In this document: one piece after another, positions 28,875 through 37,096 of the stretch
Layout: each line of letters starts with the position of its first letter
How positions within the stretch are numbered: position 1 is the stretch's first letter
NCBI GenBank assembly: GCA_000989515.1
Contig: LBOM01000003.1
Coordinates: 15,411-79,410 of the forward strand
Length of the DNA stretch: 64,000 bases
Reading direction: 5' to 3'
From: Candidatus Nomurabacteria bacterium GW2011_GWE1_32_28
GTDB taxonomy: Bacteria > Patescibacteriota > Minisyncoccia > Phycocordibacterales > UBA9973
Translations under genes and position numbers: made by a program
Notes under the pieces: generated by a model
Databases searched by the model: none
What the model was told of the DNA's origin: nothing
Seen by the model: only the letters and a program-made list of their open reading frames with translations

Positions 28875-30302
28875 ATGCCATTAAAACCTGAATTAAATGT
28901 TTCTGGATATAGAGGAGTTTGGGGAGAAAGTTTAAATGATGAAATAGTATCGAGATATACTCATGGTTTTGTTTTTTTTACTAAAGAAGAATCAAAAAAA
29001 GAAAATCTAACTATATTAATTGGTAGAGATGGACGTGAAAGTGGTCCTGAAATAAGAAAAATAATTATTAGAGAATTTAAAAAGCTCAAAATTAATTTTG
29101 TTGACGGAGATGTAATGCCGACACCTACAGTTTTATTTTCTGTTCGCAAACATAAATATGATGGTGCTATTATTATTACCGCATCTCATAATCCAATAGA
29201 ATATAATGGTCTCAAATTTGTCAACAACAAAGCACTTTTTACTATTAAAGAGGAAGTTGAAAAAATAAATAGTTTTCAAAAAGATGTTGTTTTGGGAAGT
29301 ATTGCGCAATCTATAGAGCCGAAACAAGCAATCTTTCAACATAAAATTATGTGTGCTGAAAGAAATAATATTTTTTGTAAACTATTTTCAAAAAAAGTTC
29401 CTAATTTTTCCAAAGAACATGTTGATCAAATTTTAGCTAATATAAATATAAAAGCTATTCGCGATAGAAAATTTAAGGTCGCTGTAGATATGATGAATGC
29501 TTCTGCCTGTGTAATAGATCCTTATCTTTTTAAAAAACTCGGAGTAGAGTTAATACCTTTAAATAATATTCCAAATGGAAAATTTGCCCATAAGCCAGAA
29601 CCACTTAAAGAAAATTTAAGTGACATAGAAAATTTAGTTAAAGGATCTAAGGCAGATCTTGGTTTTGTCCATGATCCTGATGCAGACAGACTAGTAATCG
29701 TTGATGAAAATGGAGAAGTAGTCTCAGAAGAATATTCTGTAGCCTTTGGAATAGAAAATATCTTATCCAAAAATAGAGGTAAACCAATAGTAATAAATTT
29801 ATCAACATCTCAAATGGGTGCAGATATAGCAAAGAAATATAATAGCGAGTGTTTTCGTTCAAAAATAGGAGAAGGATATGTAGTAGAAAAAATACTTTCC
29901 CATAATGCAATTATTGGCGGTGAAGGAAATGGTGGAGTAATATACCCTACTATCAATACAGTACGTGATAGTTTTACTAGTTTATCTCTTATTCTTGAAC
30001 TTCTAGCAGAAAGAAAGCAAACTGTTACTGAATGCATAGCAACATTGCCAAAATACTTTATTAAAAAAGATAAATGGCCAATAGCTGGAAAAGATCTAAA
30101 TGATATATATAAAAAATTAAAATCTCATTTTAATAATGCAAAGATAGACGAACAAGACGGTTTACGCCTAGATTTACCTGATGGGTCATGGATACATTTA
30201 AGACCATCAAATACAGAGCCCATAATAAGATTATTTGGGGAATCTAAAGATGAAAAAAGTATAAATGATATTTTTAAAGAGGTAAAGAAAAACTTGCAAT
30301 AA
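28875..30302 (+). CDS. phosphohexomutase (PMM/GlmM family)
   Basis: TASHNP, DPDADR, GGEGNGG, RPSNTEP. Confidence 0.93.
   Translation: MPLKPELNVSGYRGVWGESLNDEIVSRYTHGFVFFTKEESKKENLTILIGRDGRESGPEIRKIIIREFKKLKINFVDGDVMPTPTVLFSVRKHKYDGAIIITASHNPIEYNGLKFVNNKALFTIKEEVEKINSFQKDVVLGSIAQSIEPKQAIFQHKIMCAERNNIFCKLFSKKVPNFSKEHVDQILANINIKAIRDRKFKVAVDMMNASACVIDPYLFKKLGVELIPLNNIPNGKFAHKPEPLKENLSDIENLVKGSKADLGFVHDPDADRLVIVDENGEVVSEEYSVAFGIENILSKNRGKPIVINLSTSQMGADIAKKYNSECFRSKIGEGYVVEKILSHNAIIGGEGNGGVIYPTINTVRDSFTSLSLILELLAERKQTVTECIATLPKYFIKKDKWPIAGKDLNDIYKKLKSHFNNAKIDEQDGLRLDLPDGSWIHLRPSNTEPIIRLFGESKDEKSINDIFKEVKKNLQ
29268..29386. mobile_element. degenerate inverted-repeat segment in frame inside the phosphohexomutase gene
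   Basis: aatagttttcaaaaagatgttgttt ... aaataatattttttgtaaactatt, plus an inner hairpin tctttcaacata/tgtgctgaaaga. Confidence 0.6.
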
Positions 30303-30328
30303 AAAAATTAAAATTTAATAATAAACTT

Positions 30329-30856
30329 ATGACATTAAAAAATAAATCAAACAAAAAAGGTTTTACTTTAATAGAGCTATTGGTGGTAGTAGCAATTATT
30401 GGTGTATTAGCATCAGTAATTATGGTTTCCTTGAATTCTGCTCGTGCTAAAAGCCGTGATGCTCGAAGAATGCGTGATATACAAGAAATTCATAATGCGA
30501 TTGAATTATATATCACAACAAATGGATATGCTCCAATTCTTGGAAATATAAATTGTTCAATTCCAGGATATGATAGTAGTTGTGGTGTTCCTGACACAGA
30601 ACCAAGTCGCTGGGATATACTAAAAGAAGAGCTCTCTCTTTATATAAAAGAACTAGCAAAAGATCCCTGTGGTGAATCATGCCATGATGATACAAAAAAA
30701 TACAATGGGTGGTTTTCTTATAAATACGAAGGCCCAGGAGCACTTGGTTATCTTATAGATCAAGATTTACCAGTAAACTCAGAAACATATCGTATTTATG
30801 CGCAAAATTTAGAATCTAAAAATTCTAGTTTCGGCTTTGGTCTTGGTTCATTTTAA
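30329..30856 (+). CDS. orphan type IV pilin / pseudopilin
   Basis: KGFTLIELLVVVAIIG...ARAKSRDARR. Confidence 0.9.
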   Translation: MTLKNKSNKKGFTLIELLVVVAIIGVLASVIMVSLNSARAKSRDARRMRDIQEIHNAIELYITTNGYAPILGNINCSIPGYDSSCGVPDTEPSRWDILKEELSLYIKELAKDPCGESCHDDTKKYNGWFSYKYEGPGALGYLIDQDLPVNSETYRIYAQNLESKNSSFGFGLGSF

Positions 30857-30862
30857 ATAATT

Positions 30863-32185
30863 ATGATGATATATATAGCTCATTCTTTTGTAAATATTTT
30901 TGCCGGTGGTAGAAGTAATATAAAAGTACATCTTTTAATTTTATACTTTATAAGTATATCTATCTTTTACTTTTTATTTAGAAAAAACACCACAGTAAGA
31001 CCAGATTGGAAATGGTTTGGCATAACTTTACTCATATCTTATTTTTACGGACTTTTTTTGCACATTTTTTATCTATTACAAAATAATCTTCATTTAACAG
31101 ATTTTATTATCATTGGTAATAATAAAGAGATATCAAGTTCAACTATCTGGCATACCCATATAGCAAAAGGTGTAATAGGACAAATTTTTTCTTTTTTTGA
31201 CAAAACCTATCTTCAAACAATGGATGCTGGAGGAGCATATATAGGGCTAATACCAAGTCCTATACTCTTAGCAGGGACGATGCTTTTTGTTGCCCTAATT
31301 TTGCAAACAATTTTTTACTTTATCACTTCTTTTAAAGAACTACTAAATAATAAAAACAAAAGACAGAAAATATTCCTTATATTTGGCTATTCTATAATTT
31401 CTTTTTCTTTAATAAAAACCTCAATAGATGGAGGTATACTAAACCCAAGTTTTTCTATCAGCTTAATTTTCATAACACTCTTTATCTTACGAACAAAAGG
31501 TAAGGTAATTTTAAATTATTACTACCTTATCTCTTTAGCTGGAATATTATTGCTAGCAAGTAGCTTATATGTTGATTCATTTAAATATGGTAGTGGTATA
31601 TATATATCATCAATTGCAACGTTATTACTCCTATATGGCATATTACTATATGGAAGTGAAGAAAAAATACGTTTACAATTTTTTATTCCACTTTTAATAC
31701 TTTTTCTCTCAGGCTGGTGGGTATCAAGTATTCGTGACAGAGAAATATATAATTATGGAAAAATAAACCTAGAACAAGGAAAAAAAATATATATTTATAA
31801 TGAAGAAAAAGAACTAATAGAAAATCAAATTTTAAAAGAAAATAAAAAAATATCCTCTATCTCAAAAGAACTAAATAAAAATATAACCTATACACCTCTC
31901 ACTATTCCTGGAATAACATGTATTCTAAAATCTCCAAGACAAAATATATCATTTGAACTAAAAACAAAAGAACCAATCAAAAATCTGTCAAGCTCATCTG
32001 ATTTTATCTATATAAAAAATAGTGAATCATCTTTTAATGGGAAAAATTGGACAACACAAGTTAATTTTTTTATGAACAACTGCACACCAGAACCACTATC
32101 AATTATAAATGGGGAATTATTAAAAAATAATATAAATAAATATTTTATAGTTAACCCAACCTTCGATGATACCTACAACCATTAA
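30863..32185 (+). CDS. polytopic membrane protein of unknown function
   Basis: About 9-10 hydrophobic segments, C-terminal soluble domain, KTSIDGG loop. Confidence 0.7.
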   Translation: MMIYIAHSFVNIFAGGRSNIKVHLLILYFISISIFYFLFRKNTTVRPDWKWFGITLLISYFYGLFLHIFYLLQNNLHLTDFIIIGNNKEISSSTIWHTHIAKGVIGQIFSFFDKTYLQTMDAGGAYIGLIPSPILLAGTMLFVALILQTIFYFITSFKELLNNKNKRQKIFLIFGYSIISFSLIKTSIDGGILNPSFSISLIFITLFILRTKGKVILNYYYLISLAGILLLASSLYVDSFKYGSGIYISSIATLLLLYGILLYGSEEKIRLQFFIPLLILFLSGWWVSSIRDREIYNYGKINLEQGKKIYIYNEEKELIENQILKENKKISSISKELNKNITYTPLTIPGITCILKSPRQNISFELKTKEPIKNLSSSSDFIYIKNSESSFNGKNWTTQVNFFMNNCTPEPLSIINGELLKNNINKYFIVNPTFDDTYNH

Positions 32186-32669
32186 CAACTTTATAATTTA
32201 TTCTGTATTAATCTGGGGAACAAATATGCTTTTAAATGTTCTAGGGACAATAAAACTTCATTTTCCCTCAACTAAAAAATACGACAAACCTATCGATGCT
32301 AGAATAGAATACAAGGGTGATCGTTTGATAGGTGAATCAACAACTATTGTCGGATTAATAGTTTGTATAATGATAAGCATCATTTTGTATTTTGTTGGTT
32401 TTGATTTCAAATGGGTTATAATCCCTTTTCTAGTATATACAGGACATACTCTGGGAAGTATAATAAAAAGACGAATGCATAAAAAAGGAGGAGAATTCGT
32501 ACCGTTCATCGATCACGGAGACTATACCATAACGACAGGAATAATATTTATAGCCCTTGGTTATATTACACCAATATTTGCTATTTTAAGTATTTCTCTG
32601 ACCTACATCTTTCATCCTATAATGTGTTATTTAGCTTACAAAATAAAACTAAGAGAAAGACCCTACTAA
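32166..32669 (+). CDS. CDP-archaeol synthase (CarS/DUF46)-like membrane protein, divergent
   Basis: PID......G.RLIG, GS.IKRR....G...P.IDH.DY. Confidence 0.7.
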   Translation: MIPTTINNFIIYSVLIWGTNMLLNVLGTIKLHFPSTKKYDKPIDARIEYKGDRLIGESTTIVGLIVCIMISIILYFVGFDFKWVIIPFLVYTGHTLGSIIKRRMHKKGGEFVPFIDHGDYTITTGIIFIALGYITPIFAILSISLTYIFHPIMCYLAYKIKLRERPY

Positions 32670-32730
32670 GTTGACTTTATAAGCAAAATAAGTTAAACTC
32701 TCCTTAGTTTAAAGTATTAATATATTCAAA

Positions 32731-33237
32731 TTGCGAGAAAGAATAAACAACCAAATACGAGCAAAAGAACTTCGTCTTTTAGACAATGAGGGTCAAAATC
32801 TAGGTATTTTAAGTATAAAAGACGCACTAGAATTGGCACAAAATAAAGGATTAGATTTGATTGAGGTTTCTCCTAATGCTAATCCACCAATTGCTAAGAT
32901 AATGGATTTTGGAAAATATCAATATGAATTAAGCAAAAAATTAAAAAAATCCAAAGCAAGCTCTAAACCAACAGAAACAAAATCAATACAAATTAAAATA
33001 GCAACTGGAGATCATGATTTAGAATTAAAAGCTAAAAATGCATCAAAATGGTTAAAAGAGGGTCATAGAATAAAAGTTGAGCTTTTCCTTGTTGGACGCA
33101 CAAAATACATGAACGAAAAATTCCTAAAAGAGAGACTAGATAGAATTCTACATCTAATAACAGAAAATTATAAAGTAGCTGATTCATACAAAAGAAACCC
33201 AAAGGGATTATTTATAACAATAGAAAAAGCCAAATAA
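32731..33237 (+). CDS. infC: translation initiation factor IF-3
   Basis: RINNQIRA, LDLIEVSP, MDFGKYQY; non-ATG (TTG) start. Confidence 0.95.
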   Translation: MRERINNQIRAKELRLLDNEGQNLGILSIKDALELAQNKGLDLIEVSPNANPPIAKIMDFGKYQYELSKKLKKSKASSKPTETKSIQIKIATGDHDLELKAKNASKWLKEGHRIKVELFLVGRTKYMNEKFLKERLDRILHLITENYKVADSYKRNPKGLFITIEKAK

Positions 33238-33264
33238 GTTTATAAAGTAAAAAAGAAAAAATAC

Positions 33265-33459
33265 ATGAAAGGAATGAAAACAAATAAATCATATTCAAAA
33301 AGATTAAAACTTACAAAAAACGGTAAGCTTATTTCAAATAAACCAGGTTTTAATCACTTTAATGCTAAACAATCACGTTCAAAACAATTAGCTGGGAAAA
33401 AAGGTCAGAGTTTCCTAATTAAAAATAAACCTAAAAGTCACTTATTACCTTTTAATTAA
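33265..33459 (+). CDS. rpmI: 50S ribosomal protein bL35
   Basis: MKTNKS..KR.K.T..GK; synteny. Confidence 0.92.
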   Translation: MKGMKTNKSYSKRLKLTKNGKLISNKPGFNHFNAKQSRSKQLAGKKGQSFLIKNKPKSHLLPFN

Positions 33460-33496
33460 AATAAAGACTAATAATTAGTAACCAGTAACCAATTTT

Positions 33497-33841
33497 ATGA
33501 CAAGAGTAAAAAAAGGAGTACATGCATTAAAAAGAAGAAGAAGTGTATTAAAACAAACAAAAGGTTTTAGACATGGACGAAGTACAAAAGAAAGACAAGC
33601 AAAAGAAGCACTTTTGCATGCTGGCAATTACGCTTTTGCTCACAGAAAAGATAAAAAATCACACAATAGAAAACTTTGGAATATAAAAATAAATGCTGGC
33701 GCACGTGAACTTGGAATGTCTTATTCGAAACTTATAGGTGAACTAAAAAAGAAAAAAATAATGCTAGATAGAAAAATTTTATCTGATCTTGCAGAAAATC
33801 AACCATTAGTTTTTACTAGAGTTCTAGAAAATCTAAAATAA
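33497..33841 (+). CDS. rplT: 50S ribosomal protein bL20
   Basis: MTRVKKG, LW..KINA, LDRKIL. Confidence 0.97.
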   Translation: MTRVKKGVHALKRRRSVLKQTKGFRHGRSTKERQAKEALLHAGNYAFAHRKDKKSHNRKLWNIKINAGARELGMSYSKLIGELKKKKIMLDRKILSDLAENQPLVFTRVLENLK

Positions 33842-33878
33842 AAAAAACCTCTACTAGCTACTAGTAGAGGTTTTTTTT
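33841..33878. terminator. bidirectional intrinsic terminator
   Basis: aaaaaaacctctactag-cta-ctagtagaggtttttttt between convergent genes. Confidence 0.85.
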
Positions 33879-34470
33879 ATTTATCTATCTTACATTTCTT
33901 AACAAGAATAATAACATCTTCTATAAGTTTTTTAGGATCATCACCAAAAATAATTCTATCATTAGGACGATGCCCTTTTGCAATTATATCTTCTAATTGA
34001 TCACTCATTTCCCATGGTCCTCTTAAAATCCCTATTACTTTATTATCTTCAAATGCAACAGTAAATTCATGTATAGTACCAATACGCCCACAACCAAAAA
34101 CAACTGCATCAGAAGAACGAGTAAGAAGTAAGTCTCGTCCAGGGTATCCAAAACCAGTATAAATAATCAAATCCATATAATCTAGAGGTAGTTTATATGT
34201 TTCTACATGTTCTTTTTCAGAAGCTGCCGGAGAAAGACCAATAGATATACCACCCTCTTCTTTAGCCCCCATGGCAGACCAAAAAGGAAAACCAGTAGTA
34301 GCACCAGTTACAACAACTGCTCCTTGTCGAGCTATCTCTCTTCCAAGTTCTTTTGCTATGTCTAATGTACCTGGACCAGAAAAACTAGTATCAGCTGCAC
34401 CAGAAACACATATTTTTATTTGATTATGTCCATGTTTATTGTAAGGACTAGGCGAAATATTATTATTCAT
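33877..34470 (-). CDS. LOG/TIGR00725-like Rossmann-fold nucleotide-binding protein
   Basis: ICVSGA, TGATTG, YTGFG..GRD, GTIHE; start re-called at ATG 34470 behind TGTTATAAT. Confidence 0.85.
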   Translation of the reverse strand: MNNNISPSPYNKHGHNQIKICVSGAADTSFSGPGTLDIAKELGREIARQGAVVVTGATTGFPFWSAMGAKEEGGISIGLSPAASEKEHVETYKLPLDYMDLIIYTGFGYPGRDLLLTRSSDAVVFGCGRIGTIHEFTVAFEDNKVIGILRGPWEMSDQLEDIIAKGHRPNDRIIFGDDPKKLIEDVIILVKKCKIDK

Positions 34471-34543
34471 ATTTTTATTATAACAACAAGTAATAATCAT
34501 AAACAAGTTTACTTGTTACTTTTTTAATGTCCAAGTGTTAAAA

Positions 34544-35908
34544 TTACAGAGAAAGTAAAACACTATCTCCTTGCTCCGGTGCAGATGCATCTACTCCTAA
34601 ATTATCTCTTATTTTTTGAACTAAAAACATAGAAGATTTTGGTTCACCCATAACCACAAAAACCTTCTTAACTGAATCTGAGGTATTCTCAACAAAATTA
34701 AATAACCCATCGCTATCTTTGTGTCCAGAATATCCCAAAATAACTTCAACATGAGCCTTCACACTTACTTCTTCTCCAGAAATGCGTACCTTCTTTGCAC
34801 CATCTTGAATCAAACGTCCTAATGTGTGTGTGGCCTGATACCCTGTAAGTAAAATGGTATTTTTAGGATCAGGTAAGAAATATTTTTCATGATGTACAAT
34901 ACGTCCACCAGAAGACATACCAGACCCAGCAATAATTATTTTTGGATTAGCTACTTTATTTATCATTTTTGATTCTTCTGATCTTAATGTAGAATGAAGA
35001 CCTGGAAAATCAAATAAATATTTATCTTCTGATAATACCTTTTTAGCCTCATCATTAAAATAATCCTTAAACTGCTTAAAAATTTCGGTTAAACGAATAG
35101 CAAGCGGAGAATCAAAAAAAATAGGTATCGTTGGTATGCGTTTGTTTTCTACTAGATCATTAAGCTCAAACAAGAGCTCCTGAGAACGTTCAAGAGAGAA
35201 AGTAGGTATTATTAAGGTCCCCTTCCTTTTATAATTATCTTCAATAATTTTTTCTAAAAGTTTTTTACGATCATTCCTGTTTTCATGATTTCTATCTCCA
35301 TAAACACTTTCCATTATTAAATAATCCGCATCAATTATTTTTTCAGTATCTGGTAATAATGGTGATGGTGAATTTCCCAAATCTCCAGTGAAAACAATCT
35401 TTTTGTTATTATAAATAAATTCAATCATGGCTGAACCTAAAATATGTCCTGCATCTTTTAAAGATACCTCTAAGTTCTCTGTAATTTTAATTTTTTCATG
35501 ATAATCAAAAGAAAGCCATTGAGAAAATGCTATCTTTATATTCTCATCAGAATAGATTTTTTTTAAATTAAACTCTTTATTTTTAGACAAGATACCAGCA
35601 GTATCTTCCAACATTGGCAATGTCAATAAACGAGTAGGTCTAGTCGAATATATTTTTCCACGAAAACCTTCCTCAATCAACTTTGGAATTCTACCTATAT
35701 GATCTATATGAGAATGAGTTATAAAGAGAATATCTATCTCTTTTGGATCATAAAGAAACGGTGACCAATTTATATCATCAGCTAGTTCTGACCCCTGAGT
35801 AAGTCCACAATCAATCAAGATTTTTTTATTATCAATCTCAAAAAGAAAATTCGCTCCTGTGACCGAACCTGTTCCTCCACAAAATGTTATTTTAGCAATA
35901 CCTGACAT
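34544..35908 (-). CDS. MBL-fold beta-CASP ribonuclease
   Basis: THSHIDHIG, AGHILGS, ESVYG, YSGH. Confidence 0.92.
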   Translation of the reverse strand: MSGIAKITFCGGTGSVTGANFLFEIDNKKILIDCGLTQGSELADDINWSPFLYDPKEIDILFITHSHIDHIGRIPKLIEEGFRGKIYSTRPTRLLTLPMLEDTAGILSKNKEFNLKKIYSDENIKIAFSQWLSFDYHEKIKITENLEVSLKDAGHILGSAMIEFIYNNKKIVFTGDLGNSPSPLLPDTEKIIDADYLIMESVYGDRNHENRNDRKKLLEKIIEDNYKRKGTLIIPTFSLERSQELLFELNDLVENKRIPTIPIFFDSPLAIRLTEIFKQFKDYFNDEAKKVLSEDKYLFDFPGLHSTLRSEESKMINKVANPKIIIAGSGMSSGGRIVHHEKYFLPDPKNTILLTGYQATHTLGRLIQDGAKKVRISGEEVSVKAHVEVILGYSGHKDSDGLFNFVENTSDSVKKVFVVMGEPKSSMFLVQKIRDNLGVDASAPEQGDSVLLSL

Positions 35909-35915
35909 AATTTAA

Positions 35916-36311
35916 TTATAACTTATTTTCTTTAATATGGATAATATTTTTAAAAAGATAAAATATTGTAAATAAACCTCCAGCAAGATCAAAAGAAAGA
36001 TCTGATATTGTGTCTAATATATTAAAAGAATTTTCTATTGTTGTTTTATTAACGATAATCTCAAATATTTCCCAAAAAATACCAATCAATAAAACACCTA
36101 AAATAATACTCAAAACTAATTTTAAATTAATTTCTTTAAGTTTAAAAAACCAAATAAAAATAGAACTAAGCCAAACTCCACCCCAAAAATGCATAAACAT
36201 ATCAAGATACCATATTGAATAATACCAATGAAATTTCATTGCCAAATAATTTAATAAAAAAATAAAAAAAATAAGCAATGTTATCCGTACTAAAAGTTTT
36301 TTAAAATCCAT
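35916..36311 (-). CDS. small membrane protein (VanZ/DUF2238-like)
   Basis: D..MHF.GG, WEIFE, DTISDL..D..GG. Confidence 0.7.
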   Translation of the reverse strand: MDFKKLLVRITLLIFFIFLLNYLAMKFHWYYSIWYLDMFMHFWGGVWLSSIFIWFFKLKEINLKLVLSIILGVLLIGIFWEIFEIIVNKTTIENSFNILDTISDLSFDLAGGLFTIFYLFKNIIHIKENKL

Positions 36312-36334
36312 ATTAATATTATACGTCTTAAAAG

Positions 36335-36493
36335 AAAAAATCCCTACACCAAGTAGAGAATTTATCTTAGGGTTATTTCCGATATATTACCATAGCTTAA
36401 AACTAGGTGGGTACTAGACACGTAAAACCAAAGTTAAACATGATCGAAGCTCCCATAAGATAGTGTTCTAGGTAATAATCGGAAATAACCCTA
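36335..36493 (-). ncRNA. probable 6S RNA with its own promoter and terminator
   Basis: About 23-bp closing stem, internal GGGAG/ACCCACC pattern, TTGATT-16-TATACT promoter at 36499-36526, terminator at 36335-36363. Confidence 0.65.
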
Positions 36494-36556
36494 TTAAAAG
36501 TATACCAAGAGATAAAAGATAATCAACTAGACGAACTTAATTTTTTGTTTTTTAAA

Positions 36557-37033
36557 TTACTCTTTATGCTCTGCATAAATAAAATCAGTATCAATTTTTT
36601 TATAACTAAAAATCTCTTCTTCTAGAAAAAAACGATTAACTTCAATCTCTCCTGTTTCTATTGAATCAGAGGCATGAACAATATTTGACTGAGTAGATAA
36701 AGAAAAATCACCGCGAATTGTACCAGCATCAGCTTCCCATGCTTTTGTAGGACCTACTATCAAACGAATTGCTGAAATTGCATTAATACCCTCGACAGCC
36801 ATAACTATAACAGGACAAGCTTGCATAAAATCACGAATTCCTGGGAAAAATGGCTTATCTTTTATGTGGGCATAATGTTCTTCTAGTAATGTAGTTTCTA
36901 TACTCATCATTTTTATACCAATAATTTTTAAACCCTTTTTTTCAAAACGACTTATAATTTCTCCAACCAAATTACGTTGAACTGCATCAGGTTTAATTAT
37001 TATTAAAGACTTTTCATTGTTTGGTCTTGTCAT
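36557..37033 (-). CDS. ndk: nucleoside diphosphate kinase
   Basis: IKPDAV, GTIRGDF, NIVHASDS. Confidence 0.97.
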   Translation of the reverse strand: MTRPNNEKSLIIIKPDAVQRNLVGEIISRFEKKGLKIIGIKMMSIETTLLEEHYAHIKDKPFFPGIRDFMQACPVIVMAVEGINAISAIRLIVGPTKAWEADAGTIRGDFSLSTQSNIVHASDSIETGEIEVNRFFLEEEIFSYKKIDTDFIYAEHKE

Positions 37034-37096
37034 GTATTTTTATATTTAAAATCTACTAATATAAACATATTAGCAGATTTTTCTCTAAATTCCAAA

